NCBI GenBank assembly: GCA_964360065.1
Contig: CAYHTW010000003.1
Coordinates: 1-42,852 of the forward strand
Source: an uncultured Candidatus Saccharibacteria bacterium
GTDB lineage: Bacteria > Patescibacteriota > Minisyncoccia > UBA6257 > Colwellbacteraceae
Length of the DNA stretch: 42,852 nt
Direction of reading: 5' to 3'
Made by a program: the position numbers and the translations under genes. This document shows positions 35,193 through 42,852 of the stretch, piece by piece. The notes under the pieces are model-generated. The model ran no database searches and was not told where the DNA came from. It worked only from the letters and a program-made list of their open reading frames with translations. The stretch's first letter is position 1. Every line of letters starts with the position of its first letter.

Positions 35193-35858
35193 TTAAAGTT
35201 TCCTCCAGGCTACGGCTTCTCTCACATCAAATTCTCTGAAAGTCAGCCGGTGAACAAATTCCCTCGTACCCTTACTTACAAGCAATGCTTTTAGCGGATC
35301 CAGTGAAGAATTTAGCGTATCGGCCACTTCCTGGGCTTGATAAGGAGTTGGGGCAGAGATTAGAACTCGCATATTGGCCCATTTCTTGGCCCAACCGCCT
35401 CCAGTCACCATAAACTGCAATAGGGCTCCCTCCCCTATCTCACTCACCTTAGAAAAATCCACCTCGTTAGGATTGAACTTATTAAGCTCACCCTGGAGAT
35501 AAAAACCCAAATGCGATCCCCCGGAATTATAGACGTGAAACTCATTGGCTTTTTTAGCCCCCGTTAAGTTGTGGAGCTCTTCTGTCATTCTTTCTGGCAC
35601 TCCTATGTAACAATGTACTTCTTTGCCTAACTGGTGCACGGCCATTTCAAATATAAAAGGAGTGGGCAATATTCTAAAAAGATCCAAAAGCTTTCCTTTT
35701 TCTTCCGAAAAATAAGACATAGGTATCTCCATCAGAGTAAATCTCCTTCTGATAAAAAAGTGGTGTCGTATGGCGCTAGTGATAGACATCGCCGTGATTA
35801 TCCCGAGAAGACTAATAGCAATGAAAGCAATTGTGGGTGGAGTAAGATATGATTGCAT
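35193..35858 (-). CDS. Hypothetical protein with an N-terminal TM segment
   Basis: 221-aa ORF filling the gap between murB and the glycosyltransferase. Confidence 0.7.
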   Translation of the reverse strand: MQSYLTPPTIAFIAISLLGIITAMSITSAIRHHFFIRRRFTLMEIPMSYFSEEKGKLLDLFRILPTPFIFEMAVHQLGKEVHCYIGVPERMTEELHNLTGAKKANEFHVYNSGGSHLGFYLQGELNKFNPNEVDFSKVSEIGEGALLQFMVTGGGWAKKWANMRVLISAPTPYQAQEVADTLNSSLDPLKALLVSKGTREFVHRLTFREFDVREAVAWRKL

Positions 35859-35874
35859 TGTAGAATGTTTGTAT

Positions 35875-37383
35875 ATGAAGAAGGAGTATTATTTTCTTTT
35901 ACTTATCTTAATTATAGCTGGAGCGCTCCGACTTACCAACTTAACCACCACTCCTCCTGGTCTTTATCCAGACGAGGCAATGAATGGTAATAACGCCTTG
36001 GAAGCTATCAGTACCGGGAACTTCAAGGTTTTTTATCCTGAAAATAACGGCCGCGAAGGCTTATTTATGAATATCCAGGCGGGCTTTATCGTCGCTCTTG
36101 GTAATTATCCCTGGGTCCTTCGCTTGCCAAGCGCCCTCTTCGGCATCCTAACGGTTCTTGGCATTTATTTTATGACCAGGGAAATGAAACTAGGCAACGC
36201 TTTCTTCTCTGGCTCCAATAGGTCCAATAAAATGTTTGGCTTGGATAAAAACGAATTCATAGCTTTAGCCGCGGCCTTTCTTCTCGCTATCACTTTCTGG
36301 CATATCAATTTTTCCCGCATAGGCTTCCGGGCCATCATGGCGCCTTTCTTTCTAGTGTGGTCGGTTTATTTCCTGCTTAAGGCCTTGAGGGAAAACTCCA
36401 AATTAATCTGGTCGTTCGTCGGAGGAATAATCTATGGGCTTGGCATGTATTCTTATATCTCTTACCGAACCACTCCGCTTCTCATTGGAGTGATCTTGCT
36501 TATTTATATGCGCCGGGCTTGGTTAGGAGGCTGGCTTAAAAAGTTTTTCGCCAGTGCTTTTATCTACATCGCCTGTTCTATTATAGTTTTTGTTCCTCTT
36601 GGACTTTACTTCCTCCATAATCCAGCAGACTTTTTAGGACGTACTACCCAGGTATCAGTCTTCAGTTCACAGACACCTCTTAAAGACCTTAGTGAAAATG
36701 TCGTTAAAACTCTCGCTATGTTCAACCTACAAGGAGATGGTAATTGGAGACACAATATTTCTGGAGCGCCAGAACTTTACCCCATCGTAGGCCTGATGTT
36801 CCTACTCGGTATCGCTATTTCAGTCGGCGCTCTACTTTCCAGGCACCGGCCCAAAGCAGAACCCATTATAATATATTCTGCTTTCCTATCGGGCTTTTTA
36901 CCTGTCGTTATATCTAACGAAGGAATCCCTCACGCTCTCCGAGCTATTATTATGATCCCTCCGGTTATTGTCTTGGCAGCTTTAGGTTTGGCCGGTTTTT
37001 ACGAGTACCTTTCTAAACATATATCTATAAAAACTATAGATTTGGGAGTGATATCGGTAGCCGTACTCTTGGTAGTACAAGCTTATGTGAGTTATTTCAT
37101 TATTTGGGCACAAAATCCCAATGTCCCTGGTGCATTTGCCCAAGATTACGTGGATATGGCTAATGAAGTGAACAGGCTTCCATTAAGCACGCCTAAAGTG
37201 ATTGTAGTGACATCTAGTGACACCAGCCTCCGCGGCTTTCCGCTTTCTCTACAGACTTTTATGTTTCTGACCAACAGTTGGAAACCTGAAGAACAGAAGT
37301 CTAATAATTTTATCTACATAAAACCCGAGCAGGTGTCCGGGTTTGTTGTCCCAGAAGGGGCGGTTATTCGATTTATTAATTAA
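35875..37383 (+). CDS. GT-C fold glycosyltransferase (ArnT/PMT-like)
   Basis: PPGLY.DEA after TM1, LRLPSA.FG.LT and WHI.FSR; many TM segments. ATG 35875 avoids overlap with the neighbour. Confidence 0.85.
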   Translation: MKKEYYFLLLILIIAGALRLTNLTTTPPGLYPDEAMNGNNALEAISTGNFKVFYPENNGREGLFMNIQAGFIVALGNYPWVLRLPSALFGILTVLGIYFMTREMKLGNAFFSGSNRSNKMFGLDKNEFIALAAAFLLAITFWHINFSRIGFRAIMAPFFLVWSVYFLLKALRENSKLIWSFVGGIIYGLGMYSYISYRTTPLLIGVILLIYMRRAWLGGWLKKFFASAFIYIACSIIVFVPLGLYFLHNPADFLGRTTQVSVFSSQTPLKDLSENVVKTLAMFNLQGDGNWRHNISGAPELYPIVGLMFLLGIAISVGALLSRHRPKAEPIIIYSAFLSGFLPVVISNEGIPHALRAIIMIPPVIVLAALGLAGFYEYLSKHISIKTIDLGVISVAVLLVVQAYVSYFIIWAQNPNVPGAFAQDYVDMANEVNRLPLSTPKVIVVTSSDTSLRGFPLSLQTFMFLTNSWKPEEQKSNNFIYIKPEQVSGFVVPEGAVIRFIN

Positions 37384-37463
37384 AGTTTACTTAAGTTGGG
37401 GTCTTGCTTTTAGGTATCTTCTTAACTACAGCAAAAACCTTTTCTTTAAAACCAAATTTAATA

Positions 37464-38117
37464 TTATTTAGATTCATATTTAAATAAGGGACATTTCTGA
37501 TTTATATGCGGCCTCGCGATGCAATATTTCCTGCCATAGTCTATTAGCCTATAAGTAAAGTCAAACCACTCCTTTTTAGGGATTACAAGCATCAGGTCTT
37601 TTTCGATTCTTACCGGGTCAGTCTCATCCGTTAACCCAAGCTTTTTAGAGAGTCTTATTACATGGGTATCAACGGCAATGCCCTCCACAACACCATGTGC
37701 GTTGCCCAAAATAACATTCGCCGTTTTTCTACCCACTCCCGGAATAGTCAACATATCCTGCATTGTCTTAGGTAACAAGCCATTAAAATGCTCTTTCAGA
37801 AATTCGGCGCCTGTCAGAATACTCTTTGTCTTGTTGCGATAAAAACCAGTCTGACGGATATCCTTTTCAAACTCTATTGGGTCGGCCTTCAAATAATCTT
37901 CAAACTTTTTGTACTTCTTAAAAAGTTTTTCTGTTACTTCATTTACCTTTTTATCGGTACACTGCGCCGAAAGGACCACTGCCACATAAAGTTCCCAGTT
38001 ATTGGAAAATTTCAAAGCAATCTCCGATTTGGGAAATATTTTCTTCAAGTCGGCAATGATTTTACCAGCCTTAACCTTAAGTTTTCTCTCCTCCGCCGGA
38101 ATAAGTTTCTTTTTCAT
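37464..38117 (-). CDS. nth: Endonuclease III
   Basis: LSAQCTD..VN, HhH PGVGRKTAN and AVDTHV.R; only two cysteines (C.ARP.....CPL) in the Fe-S motif region. Confidence 0.93.
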   Translation of the reverse strand: MKKKLIPAEERKLKVKAGKIIADLKKIFPKSEIALKFSNNWELYVAVVLSAQCTDKKVNEVTEKLFKKYKKFEDYLKADPIEFEKDIRQTGFYRNKTKSILTGAEFLKEHFNGLLPKTMQDMLTIPGVGRKTANVILGNAHGVVEGIAVDTHVIRLSKKLGLTDETDPVRIEKDLMLVIPKKEWFDFTYRLIDYGRKYCIARPHINQKCPLFKYESK

Positions 38118-38165
38118 GAGAATATTTGATTATAACATTGAGTTATCTATAATAAGCTAAGCAGA

Positions 38166-38237
38166 GCCGGCGTAGCTCAGTGGTAGAGCGAGGGACTCAT
38201 AAACCCTAGGTCGGAGGTCCGATTCCTCCCGTCGGCA
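38166..38237 (+). tRNA. tRNA with CAT anticodon (elongator Met, or Ile2)
   Basis: Acceptor stem GCCGGCG/CGTCGGC, loop CTCATAA; atypical T loop TCCGATT. Confidence 0.85.
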
Positions 38238-38244
38238 CTATAAC

Positions 38245-38700
38245 GTGTTTAAAAGAATCCTCTATAAAATCGTTCACCCTCTTATGAGATTTTACTGGTT
38301 TCTAGTACACCCGAAAACCTCTGGAGTTAAGTGTCTTATAGAACACGACGGCAAGTTTCTTGTAATTCGCAACACTTATGGCGAAATGCATTGGACTTTG
38401 CCCGGCGGCGGCATTAAAAAGGGCGAGTCCCCCGAGCAAGCTGTTTTAAGAGAGGTAAAAGAAGAAGTCAGAATATCCTTGAATTCCGTTAGAAAAATTG
38501 GTGAGTATCAAAGCAATAAAGAATATAAACTAGATACTATTTATTGCTTTTACGCTAAAACGACTGGCGCCGAAATATCCACTGATAAAGGCGAGGTCTT
38601 AGAAGCAGCCTGGTTTACATCGCAAACAATACCCAGCTTTAGATCTACTGCCACAGAAAAGGTATTAGACTTATATAGGTCTTCTTATGAAAAAAGATAA
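38245..38700 (+). CDS. NUDIX hydrolase
   Basis: Nudix box PGGGIKKGESPEQAVLREVKEE. Confidence 0.92.
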   Translation: MFKRILYKIVHPLMRFYWFLVHPKTSGVKCLIEHDGKFLVIRNTYGEMHWTLPGGGIKKGESPEQAVLREVKEEVRISLNSVRKIGEYQSNKEYKLDTIYCFYAKTTGAEISTDKGEVLEAAWFTSQTIPSFRSTATEKVLDLYRSSYEKR

Positions 38701-39508
38701 ATACATAGGGGTCTTTGATTCTGGCTTCGGCGGTTTAGATGTTCTCCGTGGCATCGTTAAAGAGCTCCCAAGTTACAATTATATTTACTTAGGCGACACT
38801 GCGCGCTTGCCTTACGGTAACCGACCAAAAGAAATTGTTTACGAATTTACAAAACAAGCGGTTGATTTCTTGTTCAAACAAAACTGCGAACTTATAATAG
38901 TCGCCTGCAATACCGCCTCAAGCGATGCCTTGCGCAAAATTCAGCGTGAATATCTCCCTAAAAAATATCCAAATAAAAAAGTATTAGGCGTTTTAATCCC
39001 CATCTCGGAAGAAACGGTTGAGAAAACAAAGAGTTTGAAGATAGGCGTTATGGCGACGATTGGTACCGTTAAATCAAAATCTTTTTTAAGAGAATTAAGT
39101 AAGCTAAATTCTAGAGTTAAAGTATTCCAAGAAGCTTGTCCTCTTTTGGTTCCGTTAGTCGAAGCCGGAGAACAAAACTCGAAAAAAACCGATTTGGCTT
39201 TAAGGAAATATCTGAAACCATTGCTAAAAGAAAATATAGATACCTTAGTCCTAGGCTGTACTCATTACGGCATATTGGAAAAACAAATACAAAAGATAAT
39301 AGGGCCTAAAATAAAAATAATTTCCGGATCAGAGCTAATCGGCAAAAAACTGAAAAATTACTTGAGTAAGCACAAAGAACTGGAAAAGAAATTAGGCATG
39401 GGTAGGGCTAGAGTTTTCTACTCTACAAAGTTAACCGCCAATTTCACCAAGCTAGGCAGTAAATTTTTTGGGGGTAATATAATAGCTAGAAAAGCAGTAG
39501 TAAAATAA
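38687..39508 (+). CDS. murI: Glutamate racemase
   Basis: FDSG.GGL, D.A..PYG, ACNTAS and LGCTHY. Confidence 0.96.
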   Translation: MKKDKYIGVFDSGFGGLDVLRGIVKELPSYNYIYLGDTARLPYGNRPKEIVYEFTKQAVDFLFKQNCELIIVACNTASSDALRKIQREYLPKKYPNKKVLGVLIPISEETVEKTKSLKIGVMATIGTVKSKSFLRELSKLNSRVKVFQEACPLLVPLVEAGEQNSKKTDLALRKYLKPLLKENIDTLVLGCTHYGILEKQIQKIIGPKIKIISGSELIGKKLKNYLSKHKELEKKLGMGRARVFYSTKLTANFTKLGSKFFGGNIIARKAVVK

Positions 39509-39739
39509 TGAAGGAAACCGATAAAATCGCTATTTTAGGATTTGGCAAAGAAGGCAAGGCCGTATTTAAGTGTCTTAAACAAGAAGGTATTAAAAACAGC
39601 TCTTAAAAATTCTATTAATGGAGGCTTTATTATTTTCTCCCCAGGCTCCGCTAGTTTTGATATGTTCCAGGATTATTACGACAGAGGCGAAAAGTTTACC
39701 AGACTAGTCAAAAAAGGGGTAAATAAGTATACTGGGTAA
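39508..39739 (+). pseudogene. murD: murD remnant with a large internal deletion and frameshift
   Basis: Frame 1 reads MKETDKIAILGFGKEGKAV (MurD N-terminus). A second frame reads IIFSPGSASFDMFQDYYDRGEKF (MurD C-terminus). Confidence 0.85.
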
Positions 39740-39744
39740 CGTTT

Positions 39745-39820
39745 GCGGGTGTAGCTTAGTGGTTAAAGCGCCTCCCTGTCACGGAGGAGACCGCCAGTTC
39801 AAATCTGGTCACCCGCGCCA
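39745..39820 (+). tRNA. tRNA-Asp(GTC)
   Basis: GCGGGTG...CCTCC CTGTCAC GGAGG...GTTCAAATC...CACCCGCGCCA. Confidence 0.95.
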
Positions 39821-39829
39821 CTAAACATA

Positions 39830-39859
39830 AAATACTGCCCTTAGTATAGAGCAGTATTT
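39830..39859. terminator. Terminator between convergent tRNA-Asp and gatA
   Basis: AAATACTGC...GCAGTATTT. Confidence 0.7.
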
Positions 39860-39867
39860 CTGTTTTC

Positions 39868-41310
39868 TTATGAGACTAACTTCTCATAAAACTGCCCGAT
39901 TCCTAAGATGTCAGCTTCTCTCCAAGGTTTTCCGATAAGCTGAAATCCAACTGGCAATTTACCTTCCCTGCCCCGAACCGGAATGGAAATGCCCGGCAAG
40001 CCCGCCAAGTTTAAAGGAATTGTAAAAATGTCAGATAGATACATATGCAACGGATTGTCTGTCTTTTCTCCAATCTTAAAGGCGGGTGTAGGAGCGACTG
40101 GAGTTAGAATAACATCTACTCCGCTATCAAAAACACGCTCAAAATCTTCTTTAACTAATCTCCTGACTTTCTGCGCCTTAGCGTAGTAAGCGTCGTAGTA
40201 ACCGGCAGAAAGCACGAAAGTTCCCAAGATTATTCTTCGCTTAGCCTCGGGCCCGAAACCGGCTCCCTTATCTTCAAAGTATAAATCCGACAAATTCTTA
40301 GCCTTCTCTCTTGTACCATAACGAATGCCGTCAAAACGGGATAAGTTGGTGCTCACCTCCGCCGGCATAATTATATAATAAGCAGACAAGGCGTCTTTGG
40401 TGTGAGGCAGGCTAACTTTCTTAACTTTAATGCCCAAACTTTCTAAATCTTTTACAGATCCGTGGATTGCATCGGCTACTTCTTTATCCAAACCATCAAT
40501 AAAATATTCATCGGGAATGCCGACAGTCAAGTTTTTAATATCTTCCAATTTTGGACTGGTCAAGCTCTCTCCGTATTTATGGTCTACACTTGTTGGGTCG
40601 TGTTTATCAGCCCCTGCAATAGCTTTGAATAAAATAGCAGCATCTTCCACGGTTTTTGTCAGGGGCCCTATCTGGTCTAAAGATGACGCCATAGCCATTA
40701 GCCCATAGCGTGAAACAGCCCCATAAGTAGGCTTAAGGCCAACCACCCCGCAAAAAGATGCAGGCTGTCTAATAGAGCCTCCTGTGTCGCTACCTAGGGC
40801 GGCAATGGCCATGTGCGATGCTACAGCAGCAGCTGAACCACCCGAAGAACCTCCAGGGACTCTCGTTAAATCATGCGGATTCTTGGTAACTTTAAAAGCC
40901 GAGTTTTCAGTGGAACTACCCATAGCAAACTCATCCATATTAGTCTTCCCCAAAAACACAGCGCCATTATCTTTTAGTTTTTCTATAACCGTAGAATCAT
41001 AAGCAGATTTATATTCTTCCAATATCTTGGAGGCAGCGGTAGCGGGATCGCCATAAATCAGCATATTGTCCTTGATAGCCAACGGCACGCCGGAAAGTAC
41101 GTCAATATTTTCTCCGCCCGCTAAAGCTACGTCAACCACTTCGGCTTCTTTCAAAGCTTCGTCTTTACGGAGACTCAGATAAGCGTCTATTTCTTTATCC
41201 CTGACATCAATATATTTGAAAAAATCCTGGGCGATCTCTAAAGCGGAGAACTTCTTATCCAGAAGCCCCCTGTGAAATTTCTTAATAGTTAAATCTCGTA
41301 ACTTTTCCAT
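39868..41310 (-). CDS. gatA: Asp/Glu-tRNA amidotransferase subunit A
   Basis: GKTNMDEFAMGSSTENS, GGSSGGS, SDTGGSIRQPA and RRI.LGT.VLS.GYYDAYY. Confidence 0.97.
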   Translation of the reverse strand: MEKLRDLTIKKFHRGLLDKKFSALEIAQDFFKYIDVRDKEIDAYLSLRKDEALKEAEVVDVALAGGENIDVLSGVPLAIKDNMLIYGDPATAASKILEEYKSAYDSTVIEKLKDNGAVFLGKTNMDEFAMGSSTENSAFKVTKNPHDLTRVPGGSSGGSAAAVASHMAIAALGSDTGGSIRQPASFCGVVGLKPTYGAVSRYGLMAMASSLDQIGPLTKTVEDAAILFKAIAGADKHDPTSVDHKYGESLTSPKLEDIKNLTVGIPDEYFIDGLDKEVADAIHGSVKDLESLGIKVKKVSLPHTKDALSAYYIIMPAEVSTNLSRFDGIRYGTREKAKNLSDLYFEDKGAGFGPEAKRRIILGTFVLSAGYYDAYYAKAQKVRRLVKEDFERVFDSGVDVILTPVAPTPAFKIGEKTDNPLHMYLSDIFTIPLNLAGLPGISIPVRGREGKLPVGFQLIGKPWREADILGIGQFYEKLVS

Positions 41311-41311
41311 T

Positions 41312-41620
41312 TTATTCTTCGCCAGGGGCGAATCCGTCTTGGGCGGAAAAAACTGGCGGCACTTTTAAGTAATTGCCGTCTCTATCTGGGAATGCCTTCC
41401 GCAATTCTTCCCCATTCTTAAACGGCTCGGCTTTATCTTCTCTCATCACGCTCTTTAAATTATGCCCTCCGGTCAAGGGGGCAACGCCCTCCGTATTAAC
41501 TGTCTGGAGGTCTTTAAAATGATCTAGGATTTTAACTAGGTCTTCGGAAAATTTTTTTTCTTCTTTTTCGGTGAGCTTAACTCTAGCGAGTTTAGCCACG
41601 TAATCAACGTTTAAGTCCAT
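41312..41620 (-). CDS. gatC: Asp/Glu-tRNA amidotransferase subunit C
   Basis: VAKLARV.L, T.GV.P, MRED and VPPV; directly upstream of gatA. Confidence 0.92.
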   Translation of the reverse strand: MDLNVDYVAKLARVKLTEKEEKKFSEDLVKILDHFKDLQTVNTEGVAPLTGGHNLKSVMREDKAEPFKNGEELRKAFPDRDGNYLKVPPVFSAQDGFAPGEE

Positions 41621-41670
41621 GTTTATAGGTTAAGATTAACCTAACAACGTGCTGTTGTTCAAGCTAAAGC

Positions 41671-42681
41671 CTAGCCGTGCTTAATTTCCATCACTTCTCC
41701 GTCTTTAACTATATAATCCTTGCCTTCGGTACGAATCCAGCCTTTCTGTCTTGCTACCGCCCAGCTTCCCGCCTCCAAAAGTTTCTGCCAATCGATGACA
41801 TCGGCTCTAATGAATTTCTTCTCAAAATCAGTATGAATCTCGCCTGCCGCCTGGGGCACCGTTGCACCCTGGTCGGTAGTCCAAGCACGTGATTCGTCCT
41901 CCCCCGTGGTAAAGAAACTCATTAATCCAAGAACCTCGTAGGCTTTTTTTATCAAAAATCCTAAGTCTTTTTCGGCGGACAAATCGGCTATCACATAGTC
42001 AGAACCCAATGCAATTATTTTATTTTTCAGTTCTTCAGTTACATCATTCTCGGCACCGTTTAATAAATAAATTCCTGCTTTGGCTGTCAAAAGATTCAGT
42101 TCTGCTACCGATGAATGTGAAACTATTTCTTTATTCAAGGTTTTCACGAAATTACCGGCTTCCAGCGTCGCCTTGGCCCGTTTAACCATTTCCACGCCTT
42201 TTATCTTTTCCTTATCTCCGGTTTTGGCTTCTTTTTCCAAACTCTGCACACGCTTATTAACAATATCTAAGTCTTTCAAAATAAGTTCTGTATTAATAAT
42301 GTCTATGTCCCTATTCGGGTCAACGCTATTTTCCACGTGTATGATTTCATCAGATCCGAAAACACGAACCACCTGAACAATAGCCATGACCTCTCTCACT
42401 TGAGTTAGAAACTGGTTACCCAAGCCCTCTCCCTTATAAGCGCCTTTAACTAGCCCTGCTATATCGTAAAACTCAACGACAGCGGGTACTACCTTTTTGG
42501 ATTTACTCATTGCAGCCAGCTTATCCAATCTCTCGTCGGGTACAGTGACAACTCCGACATTAGGATCAATAGTAGCAAAGGGATAGTTAGCTATTACTAC
42601 TTCCTGACTGGTGAGAATCTTAAAAAGCGTGGACTTCCCCACGTTCGGCAAACCGACGATACCGATAGATAGCTTTTTCAT
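41671..42681 (-). CDS. ychF: Redox-regulated ATPase YchF
   Basis: GIVGLPNVGKST, NYPFATIDPN, DIAGLV.GA..GEGLGN.FL and AG.IHTDF. Confidence 0.96.
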   Translation of the reverse strand: MKKLSIGIVGLPNVGKSTLFKILTSQEVVIANYPFATIDPNVGVVTVPDERLDKLAAMSKSKKVVPAVVEFYDIAGLVKGAYKGEGLGNQFLTQVREVMAIVQVVRVFGSDEIIHVENSVDPNRDIDIINTELILKDLDIVNKRVQSLEKEAKTGDKEKIKGVEMVKRAKATLEAGNFVKTLNKEIVSHSSVAELNLLTAKAGIYLLNGAENDVTEELKNKIIALGSDYVIADLSAEKDLGFLIKKAYEVLGLMSFFTTGEDESRAWTTDQGATVPQAAGEIHTDFEKKFIRADVIDWQKLLEAGSWAVARQKGWIRTEGKDYIVKDGEVMEIKHG

Positions 42682-42752
42682 CTGAATCTTTTATGTCAGC
42701 AGAATAATAACAGAAATTGGGCTTAGAGCAACACAGAGTAATATTAGAGCAA

Positions 42753-42852
42753 TTATTTACTCTTCTTTAAAAACTTTTCCGCCCTGACTTTTTTGTGATA
42801 TCTAATGGCAAATCGGTGCGCTTCGTCACGCAAAGCTATCAGTTCTTTTTCT
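42753..42852 (-). CDS. uvrC: 3' end of a UvrC-like excinuclease (partial)
   Basis: Manual translation gives ...LIALRDEAHRFAIRYHKKVRAEKFLKKSK-stop, ending without the usual HhH domain. Confidence 0.8.
   Translation of the reverse strand, partial: EKELIALRDEAHRFAIRYHKKVRAEKFLKKSK

Noticed and set aside
35770-35874. Longer start for the glycosyltransferase
   Set aside because: It overlaps the divergent gene; TM1 begins right after ATG 35875.
39542-39739. 65-aa ORF as an independent gene
   Set aside because: It is the out-of-frame C-terminal part of the murD relic.
1141-42376. Many short ORFs antisense or out of frame within housekeeping genes
   Set aside because: They are nested in well-supported genes and lack recognisable motifs.

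Overview
A gene-dense, AT-leaning bacterial chromosome segment of mostly housekeeping genes. Its compact proteins, lack of clear Shine-Dalgarno sites, DUF4012/DUF5652-type genes and short GC palindromes suggest a Patescibacteria (CPR, Parcubacteria-like) organism using genetic code 11; this is inference. It holds a cell wall/division cluster (pilin, murG, ftsW, amidohydrolase, mraY, D,D-carboxypeptidase, scpAB, putative glycoside hydrolase), dnaX, rnr, obgE, an ABC-F ATPase, a DEAD-box helicase, ftsEX, prfB with a +1 frameshift, typA, lepA, secA, hpf, murB, nth, murI, gatCA, ychF, the end of uvrC and five tRNAs. The most unusual items are: (1) three tandem self-contained cassettes at 29.2-30.9 kb, each with a consensus promoter, a hairpin plus boxA-like leader, a small orphan ORF (two clearly paralogous) and a terminator; (2) two 32-bp perfect palindromes differing by one compensatory pair, upstream of prfB and lepA; (3) an amidohydrolase with altered metal ligands at the usual murD position, while a murD deletion relic follows murI; (4) an unannotated 22-aa lysine-rich micro-ORF; (5) several non-coding repeat and hairpin elements. 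All calls come from reading the sequence; no searches were run.
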